Of a stretch of 64,000 bases of DNA, positions 61,656 through 64,000 are shown piece after piece. Source of the DNA: Octopus bimaculoides (taxonomy: Eukaryota); the NCBI RefSeq assembly GCF_001194135.2, contig NC_068981.1:58482059-58546058 (forward strand), read 5' to 3'. Position 1 is the first letter of the stretch. Each line of letters opens with the position of its first letter. A model generated the notes under the pieces. The model was not told the DNA's origin. It saw only the letters and a list, made by a program, of their open reading frames with translations, and did no database searches. A program made the translations under genes and the position numbers.

Positions 61656-63690
61656 CACATGTACACATATATACACACTCACAATACACACTTATCAAAC
61701 ATAAGCATCTTGAATGGGAAGTTAGAATGAATAGGAAGGTGGCAGAATATGCTTTGACCCAACACTAGTCTGCATTACACAGATGGCATAGTACAAGTTG
61801 GTAAGAGAGTAAGCAATACAGAGACAAGGCAGTCAGACAGCTCCAATGTCACTAATAGTGGCTTAGTGCAGTGAATTAGAGATGGAAAATAGGCAGCATG
61901 AATATATAAGATAGAAATGAATAATTCAGATAAAAAGCATAGAGATAAGAAGTTATCAAAGAAACAAGAGTTGGGCAGCTGAAGGAGGCATAACGGAGAC
62001 ATATCAGGTAAGAGACCCAAATAGAGATATATATCTTTCCGCCTGCAGAACATAAAGTAAAATCATTGAGAATGTGTGTTGATATGATACGCAACTAAAT
62101 GTGAAAAGCTTCACACACGACTCCACTTGCTTCATTTCATGTTATCTAGACATAGAGCTCTTCTGACTTGAGACTATGTATTAGCAAATTTATATATCCA
62201 GGTATTTGGGTCAACATGAATAGTAAGATCTTGATAAACAGAAGTCACCATAAATTACTTTTGTTCTTAAGAAATGCATGTTGCTTCAACTACAATTTCT
62301 TACACACAGCTGGATAAAAGTGCTTAAGGCAATTTTTTATCATTAGATCACCTTATGTTTAAATTGTAAACAATGACTGTAACAGTGTGTTCATAATGTA
62401 TGAATTATGAATTAATCTAACATCAAATAAAGTGCTGAAACATTACTTTGTTGTACAGCCACAAAGAGTACATAAAAGAATATACAAATTGAAACATTTA
62501 AAGAAAAATGTTGAAAATTCTAATACAGCTAATAAGAAAATTAAAACTATTAGATGATGGAAATATTGGGTATACAAATGTTTAAAGCAGAATTTATATA
62601 TAGTACACAACAATTAGTGACTAACACTATTTTGATATAAAATTAGGAGAAAATACTTTGAAAGGTCCTTGTATAGGAGACATTCAGAAGATACAAAGAA
62701 AACATCTACTGCTTGTTTATGAGCATGATACCAGCAAAAGACTGCTAAATGCAGACTATGTCCCACCACTTAAAATATTTCTTGTATTGAAAGCACCAGC
62801 ATAGGGCAAATTAAACCTACATGTGTTGAGGAAAGGAGACTTTCTGTTCAAAAATCTGATGATATACTCTGGTCAGAGCCCTTGTAGGAAGGATGAAGCA
62901 CCCTTTGACCTCAGGACATGAAAAGAATAATGCTTTTCACACAATACTCATGCTACCTAACTATGAACAGAAGGCACCAATTCCCTAGAAACCAGTAGGA
63001 CAAAAAATTTATCCCAGTAATTTTAAAACAAACAAGATGAAAAGACTGCTCAGAAGATTAGGAAGGGATATCTTTTGATGATCACATGACGATAAAATAC
63101 TAAGAAGAAAAATAATCAAAACAAAAAGAAAAAAAAACTTCAAAAAATTACAATAAAAATGCTATGCAGAAACTCTTATATGCAAGTTTGTAAGATATAT
63201 TAATAAACAATCTATAATATTTGATTAGTTGTGGCACTGAATTGCATAATTGTATTTTAATGAAAGTTGCATTTTTCAAAAACATAATCATAATGTTAAT
63301 ACATAATTTAGAATATATCACTGTGTACAAAATAAAGCAATATCACTGAAAATAACGTATGTTGATATCCTATGACCTAAAGCAAAATGAAAGCACACAG
63401 CTCCACTTAAAGTATGAGCCTGTGCATCATTTCAAGGTATACAAACAAACACTTCTGTTTGATATTTCCTAACTGATTTATATTAATTGAACTCATCACT
63501 AACCTATCAATTCAGTGACAACTACACTTAATTCAAAGTATAATCGTTAATTACATACCGTGGGTCTTTTTTATCATTACTTCCTTTACCATAAATTGGA
63601 ATCACTTTATCTCTACTGATACCAGCTTTGCAAACAGGGCAAACTTTTCTATGAGAACAAGTTTCAAGCCATTGATGGAGACAAGGCCAG
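53404..63690 (-). CDS. RNF185: E3 ubiquitin ligase RNF185/RNF5 ortholog, 5'-partial; complement(join(63559..63690,58783..58837,58517..58634,53404..53501))
   Basis: Spliced product: [133 protein letters not shown]. This is the RING C-half, the PPRPxGQR motif, the FGIGAFP hydrophobic segment and the C-terminal TM helix. The N-terminal RING exon(s) lie beyond 64000. Confidence 0.94.
55541..57445 (+). mobile_element. Degenerate Ty3/Gypsy LTR retrotransposon: 5' LTR, PBS, RNase H and integrase remnants
   Basis: Putative LTR TGTTGTGG...CTACA (55541-55825) and PBS-like TGGCAACGAG (55831-55840). Then [83 protein letters not shown] and GESPAELMF, with many stops and frameshifts. Confidence 0.88.
58242..58336. 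repeat. Perfect 66-bp spacer-less palindrome abutting a second 14-bp-arm palindrome
   Basis: 58242-58307 is self-complementary about 58274/58275. 58307-58320 aaatatgagtcagt pairs with 58323-58336 actgactcatattt. Confidence 0.93.
59199..61576. mobile_element. RTE LINE with inverted 5' part: endonuclease on minus (59199-~60080), RT C-terminus and 3' UTR on plus (~60082-61576, spanning a gap)
   Basis: The minus ORF has the APE motifs [13 protein letters not shown] and QIDYIL. The plus frame reads [22 protein letters not shown]...[11 protein letters not shown]...[17 protein letters not shown]. An (ATG)n tail follows the gap at 61557-61576. Confidence 0.88.
60842..61556. other. Assembly gap (N run); other gaps at 6212-6329, 49048-49057 and 59495-59504
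   Basis: Runs of n. ORF-track entries containing X are artefacts of these gaps. Confidence 0.98.
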
Positions 63691-64000
63691 CTAAAAAATA
63701 AATAAATAAAAATTAAATTAGATAATTAAATTATGGCAAATCTTTTATTTAAACAAATTGATATTTCCAATTCATCATTATTGCATGCTTCAAATATCTT
63801 TAAACATCAACATTTCATTTAACTTTAAAAGAAAAAAAATTTTGGTTCCTTAAAGCTGTGTTTATATTCAAAAAGGAAATGTATTGTCCAACAGCTCTTT
63901 AATAAAAAAAAAAACATGAAGATTTGTGAGTTTGGTGCAATTAATGTAGAGTCTGTTTGGACAAAACTCATGAGAAGAATTGTATGTAACATTACATCAC

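Noticed and set aside
60732-61698. Long ORFs of 286-318 aa in the ORF track (also 6122-6451)
   Set aside because: Composed of X from N gaps and microsatellite translations.

Overview
This is eukaryotic, AT-rich, repeat-rich genomic DNA from a draft assembly with N gaps. From recall, the SINE and RTE families with (ATG)n tails look like Octopus (coleoid cephalopod); the species is an inference. The supplied ORF track misses most real exons. Hand-splicing gives four conserved intron-containing genes in alternating orientation: TIMM22 (+, 4 coding exons, 183 aa), ROGDI (-, 11 coding exons, 273 aa, one GC-AG intron), CHCHD2/10 (+, 4 coding exons, 142 aa) and the 3' four coding exons of RNF185/RNF5 (-, 5' end beyond the window). 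Intervening DNA holds RTE LINE fragments, tRNA-type SINEs, Tc1/mariner and piggyBac-type MITEs, a dead CRE-clade RLE retrotransposon, a gag-less Ty3/Gypsy relic, microsatellites and several long palindromes. No prokaryotic-type system (CRISPR, operon) and no canonical RNA gene is supported. The best unexplained signal is a GC-richer island in ROGDI intron 9 (about 18200-18620). It has a CCAAT-TATA-Inr arrangement, a 39-codon ORF in strong Kozak context and a cluster of hairpins. All coordinates and alignments were done by eye; no database search was run.
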